Assembly: GCF_036365525.1 (NCBI RefSeq) | Contig: NC_090413.1 | Location: 27,914,262 to 27,978,261, forward strand | From: Heterodontus francisci | Taxonomy: Eukaryota | Length of the DNA stretch: 64,000 nucleotides | Direction: 5' to 3' | Shown here: piece after piece, positions 39,476 to 52,328 of the stretch | Layout: each line of letters begins with the position of its first letter | Numbering within the stretch: the stretch's first letter is position 1 | Notes under the pieces: model-generated | Seen by the model: only the letters and a program-made list of their open reading frames with translations | The model's database searches: none | Told to the model about the DNA's origin: nothing | Position numbers and translations under genes: made by a program

Positions 39476-42020
39476 CTTCTTTGGCCTCCTTGTCTCGAGA
39501 GACAATGGGTAAGCGCCTGGAGGTGGTCAGTGGTTTGTGGAGCAGTGCCTGGAGTGGCTATAAAGGCCAATTCTAAAGTGACAGACACTTCCACAGGTGC
39601 TGCAGATAAAATTGGTTGTTGGGGCTGTTACACAGTTGGCTCTCTCCTTGTGCTTGTCTTTTTTCCTGCCAACTGCTAAGTCTCTTCGACTCACCACACT
39701 TTAGCCCCGCCTTTATAGCTGTCCACCAGCTCTGGCAATCGCTAGCAACTGACTCCCACGACTTGTGATCAATGTCACAGGACGTCATGTCGCATTTGCA
39801 GACTTCGTTAAAGCGGAGACATGGACGGCCGGTGGGTCTGATACCAGTGACGAGCTCGTTGTACAATGTGTCCATGGGGGATCCTGCCATCTTCCATGTG
39901 GTTCACATGGCCAAGCCATCTCAAGTGCCGCTGGCTCAGTAGGGTGTATATGCTGGGGATGTTGGCCGCCTCGAGGACTTCTGTGTTGGAGATACGGTCC
40001 TGCCACCTGATGCCAAGGATTCTCCGGAGGCAGCGAAGGTGGAATGAATTGAGGCATCGCTCTTGGCTGACATACATTGTCCAGGCCTCGCTGTCGTAGA
40101 GCAAGGTACTGAGGACACAGGCTTGAAACACTCGGACTTATGTTCCGTGTCAGTGCGCCATTTTCCCACACTCTCTTGGCCAGTCTGGACATAGCAGTGG
40201 AAGCCTTTCACATGTGCTTGTTGATTTCTGCATCGAGAGACAGGTTACTGGTGATAGTTGAGCTTAGGTAGGTGAACTCTTGAACCACTTCCAGAGCGTG
40301 GTCGCCGATATTGATGGATGGGGCATTTCTGACATCCTGTCCCATGATGTTCGTTTTCTTGAGGCTGATGGTTAGGCTAAATTCAGTGCAGGCAGCCGCA
40401 AACCTGTCGATGAGTCTCTGCGGACACTCTTCAGTGTGAGATGTTAATGCTGCATCGTCAGCAAAGAGAAGTTCCCTGATGAGGACTTTCCGTACTTTGG
40501 TCTTCACTCTTAGACGGGCAAGGTTGAACAACCAGCCACCTGATCTTGTGTGGAAGAAAATTCCTTCTTCTGAAGACTTGAACGCATGTGAGAGCAGCAG
40601 GGAGAAGATCCCAAAAAGTGTGGGTGCGAGAACACAGCCCTGTTTCACGCCACTCAGGATAGGAAAGGGGTCTGATGAGGCGCCGCTATGCTGAATTGTG
40701 CCTTTCATATTGTCATGGAATGTGGTGATGATACTTAGTAGCTTTGGTGGAAATCCGATCTTTTCTAGTAGTCTGAAGAGACCACGTCTGCTGAGGAGGT
40801 CCAAGGCTTTGGTGAGATCTATGAAAGCAACATAGAGGGGCATCTGTTGTTCGTGGCATTTCTCCTGTATCTGAAGGGAGAACAGCATGTCAATGGTGGA
40901 TCTCTCTGCTCGAAAGCCACACTGTGCCTCAGGGTAGACACGCTCAGCCAGCTTCTGGAGCCTTTTTAAAGCGACTCGAGCGAAGACTTTCCCCACTATG
41001 CTGAGCAGGGAGATTCCACGGTAGTTGCTGCAGTCACCGCGGTCACCCTTGTTCTTAGAGGGTGATGATATTGGCATCGCGCATGTCCTGTGGTACTGCT
41101 CCCTCATCCCAGCACAGGCAAAGCAGTTCGTAGAGTGCTGAAAGTATAGCAGGGCTAGCACGCGATTATTTCAGGGATAATGCCGTCCTTCCCAGGGACA
41201 TTTCCGCTGGCTAGAGAATCAATGGCATCACTGAGTTCCAATTTTGTTGGCTGTGCGTCCAGCTCATCCATGACTGGCAGAGACTGGACTGCATTGAGGG
41301 CGGTCTCAGTGACATTTTCCCTGGAGTACAGTTGTAAGTAATGCTCAACCCAGCAGTCCATTTGCTTGCGTTGGTCAGTGATTGTGTCCCTGATTTAGAT
41401 TTGAGGGGGGACGATCTTCTTGATGGCTGGCCCAAAAGCTCTCTTAATGCCATCATACATTCCTCTAAGGTTTCCAGTGTCGGAGGCCAGCTGAATATGA
41501 CTGCATAGGTGTTGCCAGTAGTCATTTGCACAGCGCCTGGCTGTTCTTTGCGCAGTACTTCTGGCAGCTTTAAGTGCTACGGATGTTAACTCGCTGGGGG
41601 CTTTCTTGAAGTTCAACAGTGCAAAGCGCTTAGCGGCTATGACAGGTTCCAGCTCTCCAAAGTGAGATTGAAACCAGTCTGTATTCTGCTTCTCACGTTT
41701 GCCAAAGGTGGTCATTGCTGAGTCATAGATGGCGTCTCTGATGTGGGCCCACTTGGTCTCTGCATCCCCTGTAGGAGTGTTTTGAAGGGCTTTTTCAAGT
41801 GAATTTAGAAACTTATGTAACAGCTGTGGATAAGAAATTCTGCTAGTGTTGATGAGCGGGTGGCCCTTCTGCTTAGAGTGAGGCAACTTCTTTGGTTTGA
41901 GTCTAACCTTGCTGCACACCAGGGAGTGGTCGGTGTCACAGTCCGCACTGTGGAAGCTGCGTGTGATTTGAACGCTGTTTAAAGAGGCTTGCCTTGTGAC
42001 GATGAGGTCCAGCTGGTGCC
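39476..42020 (-). mobile_element. 5'-truncated, frameshifted RTE-clade LINE, same family as 16311-17708, with 8-bp TSD AATGTCTT
   Basis: NYRGISLLS, QCGFR and LFADDAAL motifs; short (GAA)n tail; AATGTCTT at 39468-39475 and 42021-42028. Confidence 0.92.
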
Positions 42021-42806
42021 AATGTCTTACTCCTCATTAATACACAACCATTCCTATTGGAAAACAGATGTGGAAGGGGAGAACAGAATGGCACACACAG
42101 CAGTGATGCCCTTTATGATCAAATAACTCATCAGCATGTTCCTTCTAAGCACACATTCATCTTGGGCCCAGGTATCCAAAGGCAGCCAGATCCCGTGGAA
42201 GTGTATCCCCAGTGAGGGTCAGTGGCAGGAGGATGGGGAGGGGCCTCAGTATGTAACCAAGGTGATACAGGATGTCTAGCTAGATGACCCTGTTCCCCAG
42301 CCTGCATCAATACCTCTGAGCAGGTGTGCAGGAAGACTAATCTTTACATCCAGTAGAAGACACAGCTGATTTAAAACTGTTTGTGGTAGCACACTCAGTC
42401 TGTCCGGATGTTCTTTGTTCAATTGGTGCAAAGCAGAAACTGTGAATTGCCTTTCATCCCGATCAATATACAGTGCAGATAGCACGAGTACAATGCAGAT
42501 CAGGAAGTCTGCATTGGATAAACTGTCGGTGCAGGGCTCAGTCATACAATGGCACAACACATCACCCATCAACAAACTGCTCCTCATGGCTGTACATTGT
42601 AAAGCTGTACCCTGCACTAATGGTCTAACCCAATGTGGTCTCTTCCGCACACAAATCATGGTAAAACCTGTCCTTGGCTCTAGACCTTTCCCCCAGCTGT
42701 CAATGTCCCTGCACTCCTGCATTGGGAGTTATGCAGGAAGTATTCTCCATTGAGTATTTGGCAGTTCTATGTACTAGTCTCTACCTGGGGTTTGTGCTTT
42801 TACCAG

Positions 42807-43002
42807 CAGGCGCCAGGACAGCCATTGCTTGTCGCTGTCATACCCAACAGTCTGAATGGAAGTAGCAACAGGAGCAAGGGCTTGCTGTCTGGAAATGAAA
42901 TCCTGAGGGATCAGATATACAGTGTGGCACAGGACAGGCTGAAGAGAACAGAACAGCCTCCTCCCACTACAGTTCCAATGATGACTACAACCAAAACGCC
43001 CG
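42807..43002 (+). CDS. ANGPTL6: ANGPTL6-like coding exon 2 (linker): QAPGQPLLVAVIP...NEILRDQ...TTKTP(G)
   Basis: NAGNAG acceptor (start 42807 or 42810), gtgagt donor, phase 0/1; NEI.RD motif. Confidence 0.82.
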
Positions 43003-43541
43003 GTGAGTGAACAGTGCAACTGTAAGTATTGTCTCTAACCTCTCACTCACTCAAGTGAGAATTCAACTCATAGTTCACCAGCACCGGATCCCACCATACT
43101 TCATAAACATCTTTTCCTGCTAATCAATTAGGAGACATTTCCTATAAGCTTCCAATAATGTCACAGTCCACAAGAGCATTTTGCTCAAAACTTTCAATGC
43201 ATCCAACTAACTCCAAGTAACTAGTCAAAGTGAAGAACTCCTCAGCATCAGTCTCAGATTTGTCCATCACCAGATTGAGTGCATGTCCCTCTGGTCTAAT
43301 AGTCAAGACTCACTGAAGTAAATGTCCTAGATTTATATTTTCTATACAATTCTAGCTTTTGTACCTCGAGGCCCCCTCCCATTGACCCCTTTGTAAGTGT
43401 GAAGTTCCCAGGCACCTATAACTAAATTATTTATTCCTACATCTGAACTGTGACATGTACCATTTGCTCATGTAGTGTGATGCACTTTCCATCCTTCACC
43501 AGATCATTGCCTTGTACAGTATCCGGTTATCAGTTATCCTA

Positions 43542-44188
43542 CATAGAGTCATACAGCACAGAAACAGGCCCTTCGGCCCATCGTGTCTGTGCCAGCCATC
43601 AAGCACCTAACTATTCTAATCCTATTTTCCAGCACTTGGCCCGTAGCCTTGTATGCTATGGCGTTTCAAGTGCTCATCTAAATACTTCTTAAATGTTGAG
43701 GGTTCCTGCCTCTACCACCTCTTCAGGCAGTGTGTTCCAGATTCCAACCTCCCTCTGGGTGAAAAATCTTTTCCTCAAATCCCCTCTAAACCTCCTGCCC
43801 CTTACCTTAAATCTCTGCCCCCTGGTTATTGACCCCTCTACCAAGGGAAAAAGTTTCTTCCTATCTAACCTATCAATGCCCCTCATAATTTTGTATACTT
43901 CAATCATGTCCCCCCTCAGCCTTCTCTGCTCTAAGGAAAACAACCCTAGCCTTTTCAGTCCCTCTTCATAGCTGAAATGCTCCAGCCCAGGCAACATCCT
44001 GGTGAATCTCCTCTGCACCCAGAGTTATACAGCACAGAAACAGGCCCTTCGGCCCATTGCGTCTGTGCCGGTCATACAGCACCCAACTATTCTAATCCCA
44101 TATTCCTGCACTTGGCCCGTAGCCTTCTATGCTATGGCGTTTCAAGTGCTCATCTAAATACTTAAATGTTGTGAGGGTTCCTGCCTAC
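43542..44188 (-). mobile_element. Two abutting truncated CR1 3' ends
   Basis: RRFTRMLPG..LGLFSLEQRRLRGD ORF; the ~165-bp 3' end is repeated at about 43545 and 44021. Confidence 0.85.
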
Positions 44189-45966
44189 ATTTCAAACACA
44201 GGAGATGAAGAGATCACAAGTTAGAAGTTGAGGAGAGTGAAAAGACTCACTTATGTAAAAACCATGTGGTGGGTGGAGAGTGTGCGGGAGGAGGGGAGTT
44301 TGGATCGATAGTTCCCAAAGCTCTCCCCCACTGGGGGTTTTCCTCATCTCCATGTCTGTGTCTCTTGTAGACTCGGATAGTGAACGATTGTTGTGATTGG
44401 TCAAGATATTGTTGGATGATCTGATGGCCAGGATGGTAGAAGATAAACTAAATAGACCCGGGTCTTGTTTCATCGAGCAATTCCTGCGTTTGAATACTAG
44501 TGCATAGAGAGGAGGAAAATATCCTTCAAAGTAATCCTGATTTCTCAGTCAGCTGTCACACTGCCAAAAACAAACAAGCAGTCATTGTGGCAGACACACT
44601 CATGCTGCCTCTGGATATTCATGACCCAATTCTTCCTGCTCCCAATTAAACCTCATCATTTCTCCCTCTTCCCCTGCTCCATGGAGGAGTCTTAAAGACA
44701 TACATCAATTGTCCCATGTAATCTGTAAGCCCCAATCTTGCAGGGTCCATTTCAATCAGATTTACCGAATTTTAAAATGTTGCTCCTCCAAGTCTGGATT
44801 ATGACATCGTAGCAGCATTCATCCCATTGAGCCGAGACTGCCAGAAAAATGAAGGGCAGCCGCATAGCAGGGTCCTCGAGGGCACTCAGTACCAGCGAGG
44901 AGGAAAGGGGGAAACCTGGGGCTTCATCCCTTACTCACCGACATAAAACAAAACCGTCCCTGAACAAATTAGTGATTAACAGGAGGTGAAGTCCTAACAA
45001 ATGTCTGAAGATCAAAGTGTTTAAATGTGTTGTAAAGTATCTTAAAGGACAAGGGAGAAACAAAAGATAAAACCAGGTCATTACTGTTCTGTGGCGATGG
45101 GAACATTCTGAACTTTGGTTAATTGCCACTCATTTCTCAGATAACAAAGCAAGCTACTGGCGACAGCTATTAGACTCATTTTCTGTGATCATAGACCACA
45201 GCCATCACAGAAAAGGACTGAAAATAACATGGAACCATACAATACAGCTGTTCCCACAGCTCTAACAATGTAGTGACCACTGACCTCAAAACTACACGTA
45301 AACCGCAATTCCTTTGTACCAGCTCACAACGTACGGTCATCAACTGAGCAGAGACTCAGGCCCCACTCTACACAGAAACACAGCCCATGTTAGCACTGCG
45401 TCAGTGGGTTGGTGCGGCTCAGTGTTTTGGCCTGGCCTGGGTCACATTAGCTCAGCTGCCGACACTGCCAACTCAGATTCACATCCAGCAAGATACTGAC
45501 GGAGTGCAGCATTGCCACAAGTGCTGTCGTCCGATGAAAGATTAATTTCCACTTCAACAGGCAGGCAAAGATCGGTGACACGGTTTGAAGAACAGCATCT
45601 TCTGGTCAATATTCTTCCCCCAACCACCAAAAACCGAATAACTGCTGATCCATCTCATTGCTGTTCCCGAGATTATGCTGGGCACAAAATGGTTACATCT
45701 GCCCACAAAACACTCACCCCACTTCCAGCCAATCCATTGCAGCTGAAGTTCTTTGGAGATGTTTCAGACACAAGATGTTGTTCAATAGATGGAAGTTTTT
45801 GTTCTTTGTCAAATCCAGTTCTCATCTCTTGCTCCCTCTGTGAGCACAGTTTTTCCATAGGGTGGGGGCACAGTAATTGCTTTGCTCCCAAGAACGAACA
45901 TGGTGTTAAAGAAAAGGTTGTGAGTGATGAAACCCATCAGGCGTTACAGTGTGATTTCTTGACCAG

Positions 45967-46157
45967 GTCCCTGGAAAGATTGTCTCCATGTTTTGGAAGA
46001 TGGTCATGGATCCAATGGAATCTACTTGGTCAAACCAAAAACCGTCAACCGACTGATGCAGGTGTGGTGTGAACAGCAAGATCCCGGCGGCTGGACAGTC
46101 ATCCAGAGGCGGCAAGATGGCTCGGTCAATTTTTTTAGGACTTGGGAAAATTACAAG
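45967..46157 (+). CDS. ANGPTL6: ANGPTL6-like coding exon 3 (fibrinogen domain): GPWKDC...QVWCEQQDPGGWTVIQRRQDGSVNFFRTWENYK
   Basis: 191 nt, phase 1/0; canonical GGWTVIQRR.DGSV.F FReD motif. Confidence 0.94.
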
Positions 46158-47021
46158 GTTAGTTAAGTCGGAGCCGATTGCCAGAGTCTGTTCTCATGTC
46201 CCTCTCCAGATAGTGGGTTTTGCCATCAGTTGCCGAGCTGTGTGTCTGACTCAGTTACCCTCGAAATAATTAATAAGGAAACTAGTATTTGAGAAAAGAA
46301 GTGCCTTTCACATGACGGAAAATGTTGTAAAGTAAAAAGGAGGGGGGTTTGTGTGGAGCAGGAAGTAGGGCAGATTTGGGTTGCTTGACCCAAGTAGTGT
46401 CCTAGTGACAGGGTTTGAAGGTGCAGGAAAGTATTTGCCTGGTGACTGGGTCTAAGGAGCAAACTGGGAGGACAGTGGCAAGATGAGAGAGAGGCCAATC
46501 GTCAATGATGGTGGAGAAAGAGGGTAGCAGTATAGGCAAGGGGAGAGGAGTTAGCCCACAGAGCCATGTAAAAACGAGGATGAAGATGATAAACTACTAG
46601 TGGAGGCAACACCAATGAAGGTCACTGAGAGTAGCACTGACTGTAGCAGTGACAGTGGTGCAGGATAGGATAACGACAGCAATAACTCCTGAACTAAGTA
46701 AAGCTTTGGACGTGGAGCATTGTAGGAAACAAGCTTTGAGGTGAGGAAGTGGACACGCGTTTCGGTGGTGGAAGAAAACATGTTTGATAATGAGCCAAGT
46801 GCAGATTAGAACCAGGCTTTTTAAAAAGACCCAAAACTAAGAGTTTCAACTTGAAACACCAGAACAACTTCATGTAAAGGAGCTAAACTGGACAAGTAAT
46901 GAGAGGAACTACAGTATCAAGCTTAAAATACTTGCCTTTCAAAGCACCTAAAGCCTCTTTCCAATGATATGGTGCACAAAAGGGCAAGTAATCAATAAAT
47001 AGTCTTTGTTTTCATTTGCAG

Positions 47022-47292
47022 CAAGGCTTTGGGAACATAGATGGCGAATACTGGCTGGGTTTAGAGAACATCTACTGGCTGACCAACCAAGACAACTACA
47101 AGTTGCTCATCCTCATGGACGACTGGCAGGGGAGGAGAGTGTTTGCAGAGTATGACAACTTTCGCGTGGAAGCAGAGGCAGACTTCTACAGGCTCAGATT
47201 AGGCCACTACCGCGGGAATGCTGGAGACTCCTTATCCTGGCATAACGGCAAACAATTCACCACACTGGACAGAGATCGGGACCTGTATATAG
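47022..47292 (+). CDS. ANGPTL6: ANGPTL6-like coding exon 4: QGFGNIDGEYWLGLENIYWLT...AGDSLSWHNGKQFTTLDRDRDLYI(G)
   Basis: 271 nt, phase 0/1; GFG...GEYWLGLE motif. Confidence 0.95.
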
Positions 47293-47754
47293 GTAGCGTA
47301 TTCCACGGAGTTATAGTACATTTTCAAGAAAGGTTAACAAAAATACACTGAACAGAGACGAGGAGAAAGTACTGGGAAATGTACAGGCCAGTCAGTATGA
47401 AATGGACAAGTGAATGGGGCCCATGAATGGATGCATAATTGGATGTCTTTAAGAGAATGTGTCTGCTCTGTACATTTCACTTGTTATTTCAGTTTTCCAG
47501 CATTTTTATTTTTCCCCCTTCCATTTCGAACACTAGGAAGCTAGGATAATATTTTAGGGAGATTACCAATGATTTAAGAGTTCCCAACTGTGATCGTAAT
47601 CAACTGTAATGTTACTGGAGTGTACAGAAATGAGGGGGGATAGGTTAGATAAGGTAGTGTGTGTATTGCTTTTAAGTGCAGCTGTCACTTTGACCCATTT
47701 AAAAACATCTGCCTTTCCAAGAAGACAATAAACCAAGGCCTCATCTGCCATTTT

Positions 47755-48445
47755 AAGGTGGGCAGAAAAGATCCCATGGCACTATTTAAAAGAAACAAAG
47801 TGATTCCTGACAACGCAGCCAGCCACTGACATCATCAGGCTACTCCAGGGTGCGCACATGAGCAGACCGGCTCCTGCTCCCTGCACGTGCGCTGTGTTCC
47901 AACTTGCCAGGACCGGTTAGCGCATGTGTCGATGACATCATCGCATGACGTATGCATCTTCGGGCAGCACGCCTGGTCGGCCTCTGCGCATACGCTTTAC
48001 GCGTACAGCAATGCAACGCCAACGGGTATTCACCCATGCGTCAAGCTCCGCTACCCACCCCCCCACCCTCACTGCTCTCTCCGGCTGCTCCGCTCTTTCC
48101 ACCGCTTCGCTCCCCCTCTCGCTGTTCTCTGCGGCCGCTCTGCTCCCCCCCCCCCGCCCCCGCCCCGCTGCTCTCTCCGGCCGCTCCGTTCCTCCCCTCT
48201 TAAAGAAAAGCAGGGGAGTCCTGCCTGTGTCCTGACCAATATTTATCCCTCAACCAACATTGCTAAAAAAAATAGAAGGATCTGGTCATTGATCTTATTG
48301 CTGCTTGTGGGAGCTTGCTGTGCACAAATTGGCTGTCGCTTTTCCTTTATTACAACAATGACTACACTTTGAAAAGTATTTTGCTGGCTGTAAAGTGCTT
48401 TGGGCCATCCTGAGGTCGTGACAGGTGCTATGGAAATGTACGTCT
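47755..48445 (+). mobile_element. Deu-domain SINE split by a ~400-bp CpG-rich insertion
   Basis: AAAGATCCCATGGCACTATTT at about 47768 resumes as GCAGGGGAGT...GACCAATATTTATCCCTC at about 48210. Confidence 0.7.
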
Positions 48446-50050
48446 TTTTTTTTCTTGGTCCTGTCCACAAAGGAAGTTTAACTCAGGAGTTTGATCGTCT
48501 CTCCTTGGGAAACCAGAGGTGGTTCTGGTTCTGGTGGAGAAATGATTGCCTGCATTGTTCAAGCACATGGTTCTCCATTACTCACTGAAGGAGTGAGAAT
48601 ATTGGCAGCTGTTAGAGCTGAAGGCAAAAGGACAATCTCCCCACAGGTAAATGGGTAGGAATGAGAAGCGGGTCAGCACGAAATATCACAGCTTCTCATA
48701 GCATAGTGGGAGGTTTTATAGACTAACGATCGAGTGGGAGAGATAAAAGGGATGACCCATTCTCCTGCCCAATTTATCAGTTTTTGTTAAGATTGTAGTG
48801 CTTTATAAAATCGCTGACTCGACGCCTTGACTTCTTTAGATGCAGCTGTGCCTTGGAGGCCGAGAGGGTTTTTTTTTTTATTTGTTTGTGGACATTGCTG
48901 TCTAAGCTAGCATTTATTGCCCAACCCCGAGTTGCCTAACTGAGTGGCTTGCTCGGCCATGTCAGAGGGCATTTAAGAGTCAACCCCATTGCTGTGGGTC
49001 TGGAGTCATATGTAGGCCAGACCAGGTAAGGACGGCAGATTTCCTTCTCTAAAGGGCTTGAGTGAACCAGATGGGTTTTTACAACAATCAACAATGGTTT
49101 CATGGTCACCATTAGACTAGCTTTAAATTCTAGATTAATTGGATTCAAATTTTACCATCTGCCTGGGCTTCAGATTACTATCCAGTGACATTAACACTAC
49201 ACCACTGCCTCCCCAAACTGGGGGGGGGAGCTCTTCAGCTGCAGCTGGTAGACCAGTTGGGCAACAGAATGAACGAGAGGCAGGGCATCATGGAGAGCGA
49301 TAACACTCAACTTAAAAATCAATGCACAGGGCCAAAACTTGTTTTTTAAAATTACATTTCAAGACGTAGAGGCAATCATAAATCTGAAGTTTATTCTAGG
49401 ATTAAAAATAGTCAACGCAGTCATAACTTTTGGAACAAAGTTCGAAATTGAAAATAAAAAACACATTTTGTTTCCAAGCCCCAGTTTATCCTGACATTTC
49501 AGGAGCTGTGAGATAAGTGAAACAATTCACTTTTTCACATTTTAAGAGCAATTCCTGACCAGATTAGCAAAGCAAACCTCCCAAACTAAAACTTGCAAAT
49601 CAAAGACTATACCAAGAAGAAAAAAACAGGAAGCTTCTGCTTATCCAACACATTCCCTGAGTGGAGGACACCCCAGGCCACTTTGCAGCCAAATGAATTA
49701 CCTTTTGTAGAACAGTTACTGATGTAATGCAAAGAACAAGAGGCCATTTCACCTATCAGGCCTGTTCTGTTATTCAATTCGATCAGGGCTGATTTGTATC
49801 TCAACTCCATTTCCCTTGATGCCTTTACAGTCCCAAAAATCTATGACCCCCAGCATCCACAGCCTTTTGGGGAGGGAGGGGGAAAGATATCAGATTTCCA
49901 CTAGCCTTTGTGTGGATAAGTGCTTCCTGATTTCATTCCTAAATGGCTGAGATTTGAGATTACCTCGGGTGAATTACAGAGTGTGAATCTGGACACCTTT
50001 TCATGTACGTCATAGCCTTGCTCATTGGCGTCCGTGTGCTTCTTTTCAAG

Positions 50051-50235
50051 GTAACTGCGCCCACTATCAGAAAGGAGGTTGGTGGTACTACACCTGTGCA
50101 CACTCAAACCTGAATGGAGTGTGGTATAAGGGCGGGCACTATCGCAGCAAGTACCAAGATGGCGTTTACTGGGCTGAATTCCGTGGTGGTGCCTACTCTT
50201 TGAAAAGAGTAGTGATGATGATACATCCAAACTAG
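50051..50235 (+). CDS. ANGPTL6: ANGPTL6-like last coding exon: (G)NCAHYQKGGWWYYTCAHSNLNGVWYKGGHYRSKYQDGVYWAEFRGGAYSLKRVVMMIHPN*
   Basis: cttttcaag acceptor, TAG at 50233-50235; GGWWY..C..SNLNG motif. Confidence 0.95.
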
Positions 50236-52322
50236 ACACTGCTGTAATATATTCACTCAGCTTTACAAAATGGGATTACAATAACATTTGCCTGCATGTT
50301 ATTGTCAGACACCTCTGTATACTTTTTAAATATTGTGTTATACAATGACCGTTTTATAAGCGAAGTTACAGACAACAGAACTACCTACTTAGAGTATAAT
50401 ATGTCTTGCTGAGGCTAAAGTAGATCCAAAGCAACATGGGAATGTCTATCCTGCTCTATGACACATGAATGCTCCAGGAATGTAGCGGGGGAAGGAGCAA
50501 GCTCACAGAAAATCACACGATCACTTTCTGGCCTCTCCAGTGTCCTGCAGCTTTCCCCTTCCCATGTGAACACACTCAAAAAAATATATGGGCAAACAAC
50601 AAACCACTAGATTAGAGCTCATTAATTATTAAAACAGTTATGTCCCAGACACTTAAATTAGTTGTAGTGTCTTTTTAGTGAAATGTACATCTTAGAAAGG
50701 TCAGGAAACTAGAACCTAAAACTATGCTGATTCACCCTGGTTAATGCTTCCCAGCCTTGGCTCTTTATGCTAATTGTAAGGTTGCTACAGGTAGGAGAGT
50801 TTGACAGTCTTAACGCAGGTTAAAGTGAGCATGGTGCCCAGAACACAAAACAGCCCTGATTGGATACGGAGTTGGGTCACAAAGGTGCAAGTGACACATG
50901 GATGAGCATCCTGAGAGGTTTGGGGGTTGTAGGGAGGGGAGGGATGGTCAGGAGTCAATGTATATTGTTGGGATAGAGTACGAGGGGATTTACCCTGCAG
51001 CCAGACTTGCTACACCTGACTTGGAGTGTTTGATGTAGCGACTTGGTGCCAGAAACAGGAACGTGTTCACTTGCTCAGCGTCAACATCCCTCACCTGAAT
51101 TTACAAAAAAAAAAATCCACCGGAAAAAAAAAACAAAATACATTTAGAGCTAATATACAGGACTGACTTCAAACCTGTAAACTCATTTTGGGGTTTTCAC
51201 TGATCACTAGGAGGAGTGGCCAGAGATCCATTAGGAAGACAGGAACAGGAAGGAGGCCATTCAGCCCCTCGAGCTTGTCCCACCATTCAGTAACATCCTG
51301 GCTGATCTGTCTCTCAGCTCCATTCCCCCTCCTTTGATTCCATTCCCCTGAATACTCTTACCAACAAAACTCAGTTCTGATGAAAAGTCACTGACCTGAA
51401 ACGTTAACTCGGCTTCTCTCTCCATAGAGAGCATTTGTTTTAATTTCAGATTTTCAGCAGCCTCAGTCTTTTGCTTTTGCAAAACTTTATCAATCTTAGT
51501 TTTGAAGTTTTCAGTTGACCCCAATCTCAACAGCTTTTTGGGGGAAAGAGGTCCAGATTTCCACTATCCTTTGTGTGAAGAAGTGCTTCCTGACATCACC
51601 CCTGAACAGCCTGGCTCTAACTTTAAGGTTCTATCTCCTCATGACTTGCTCCCTCACCAGAGGAAATGGCTTCTCCCTCTCCCCTATCAAAAGCCTTTGA
51701 TCGTATTAAACACCTTGATTAAATCATCTCTTAATCTTCTATGCATAAAGAAATACTAGCCGAGTATATACAACCGGTCTTCAGTTTAACCCTTTTAGCC
51801 CCAGTAATGTTCTGGTGAATCACTAATCTCTGTACTCAGAGTCCTAGTGACCACCATCTGCAAGTTTACTATCCACAGGTTCAGCCACGTAATCGACTGT
51901 TATCTTCTGTTTGAGCCAGGACGCACTAAGGGATGCAACAGCTGGCCCTGAAACCCTTGTAGCTCCAGAACAGGCCACCAGGAGGTGATCAAGAGCAGCC
52001 AGCTCCCAGTGGACTGGTCTCCAATCTTCAGCTCTCCCCACGGGTAGTGGCAATGATTTCCACTAAGTGAAATGTACCACAGGGCATCTATATACCAGAT
52101 AACATTAAAGCAGCACTCTGCATGGAAGCTAATCATTAGGATGCACAGTCAATGACTCTAGTTTATATAATCTGCTAGATCTTTTAAAGATGGAGACTTC
52201 TCCCGGCTATTTACTAGAAACCTGACATTTAATAGAGATTCTCAGCCTAAATATTAATCTGTCAATTGTTTATGTTTTGTTCACACTTCCGAGCTCTATA
52301 AAAAAAAAACACTAAAAATTTG

Positions 52323-52328
52323 AATAAA
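52323..52328 (+). terminator. Candidate polyadenylation signal of the ANGPTL6-like gene
   Basis: AATAAA about 2.1 kb after the stop, in AT-rich context; unverified. Confidence 0.35.

Larger units (their letters stand above)
34141..50235 (+). other. ANGPTL6: Angiopoietin-related protein gene (signal peptide, coiled coil, fibrinogen domain), 5 coding exons, about 494 aa; most likely ANGPTL6
   Basis: Exons of 642+196+191+271+185 nt join in frame. ANGPTL6-type features as recalled: extra intron after the coiled coil, WCEQQ, QRRQDG, DSLSWHN, DRDRD, RGGAYSL, and divergent orientation to PPAN. Confidence 0.78.
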
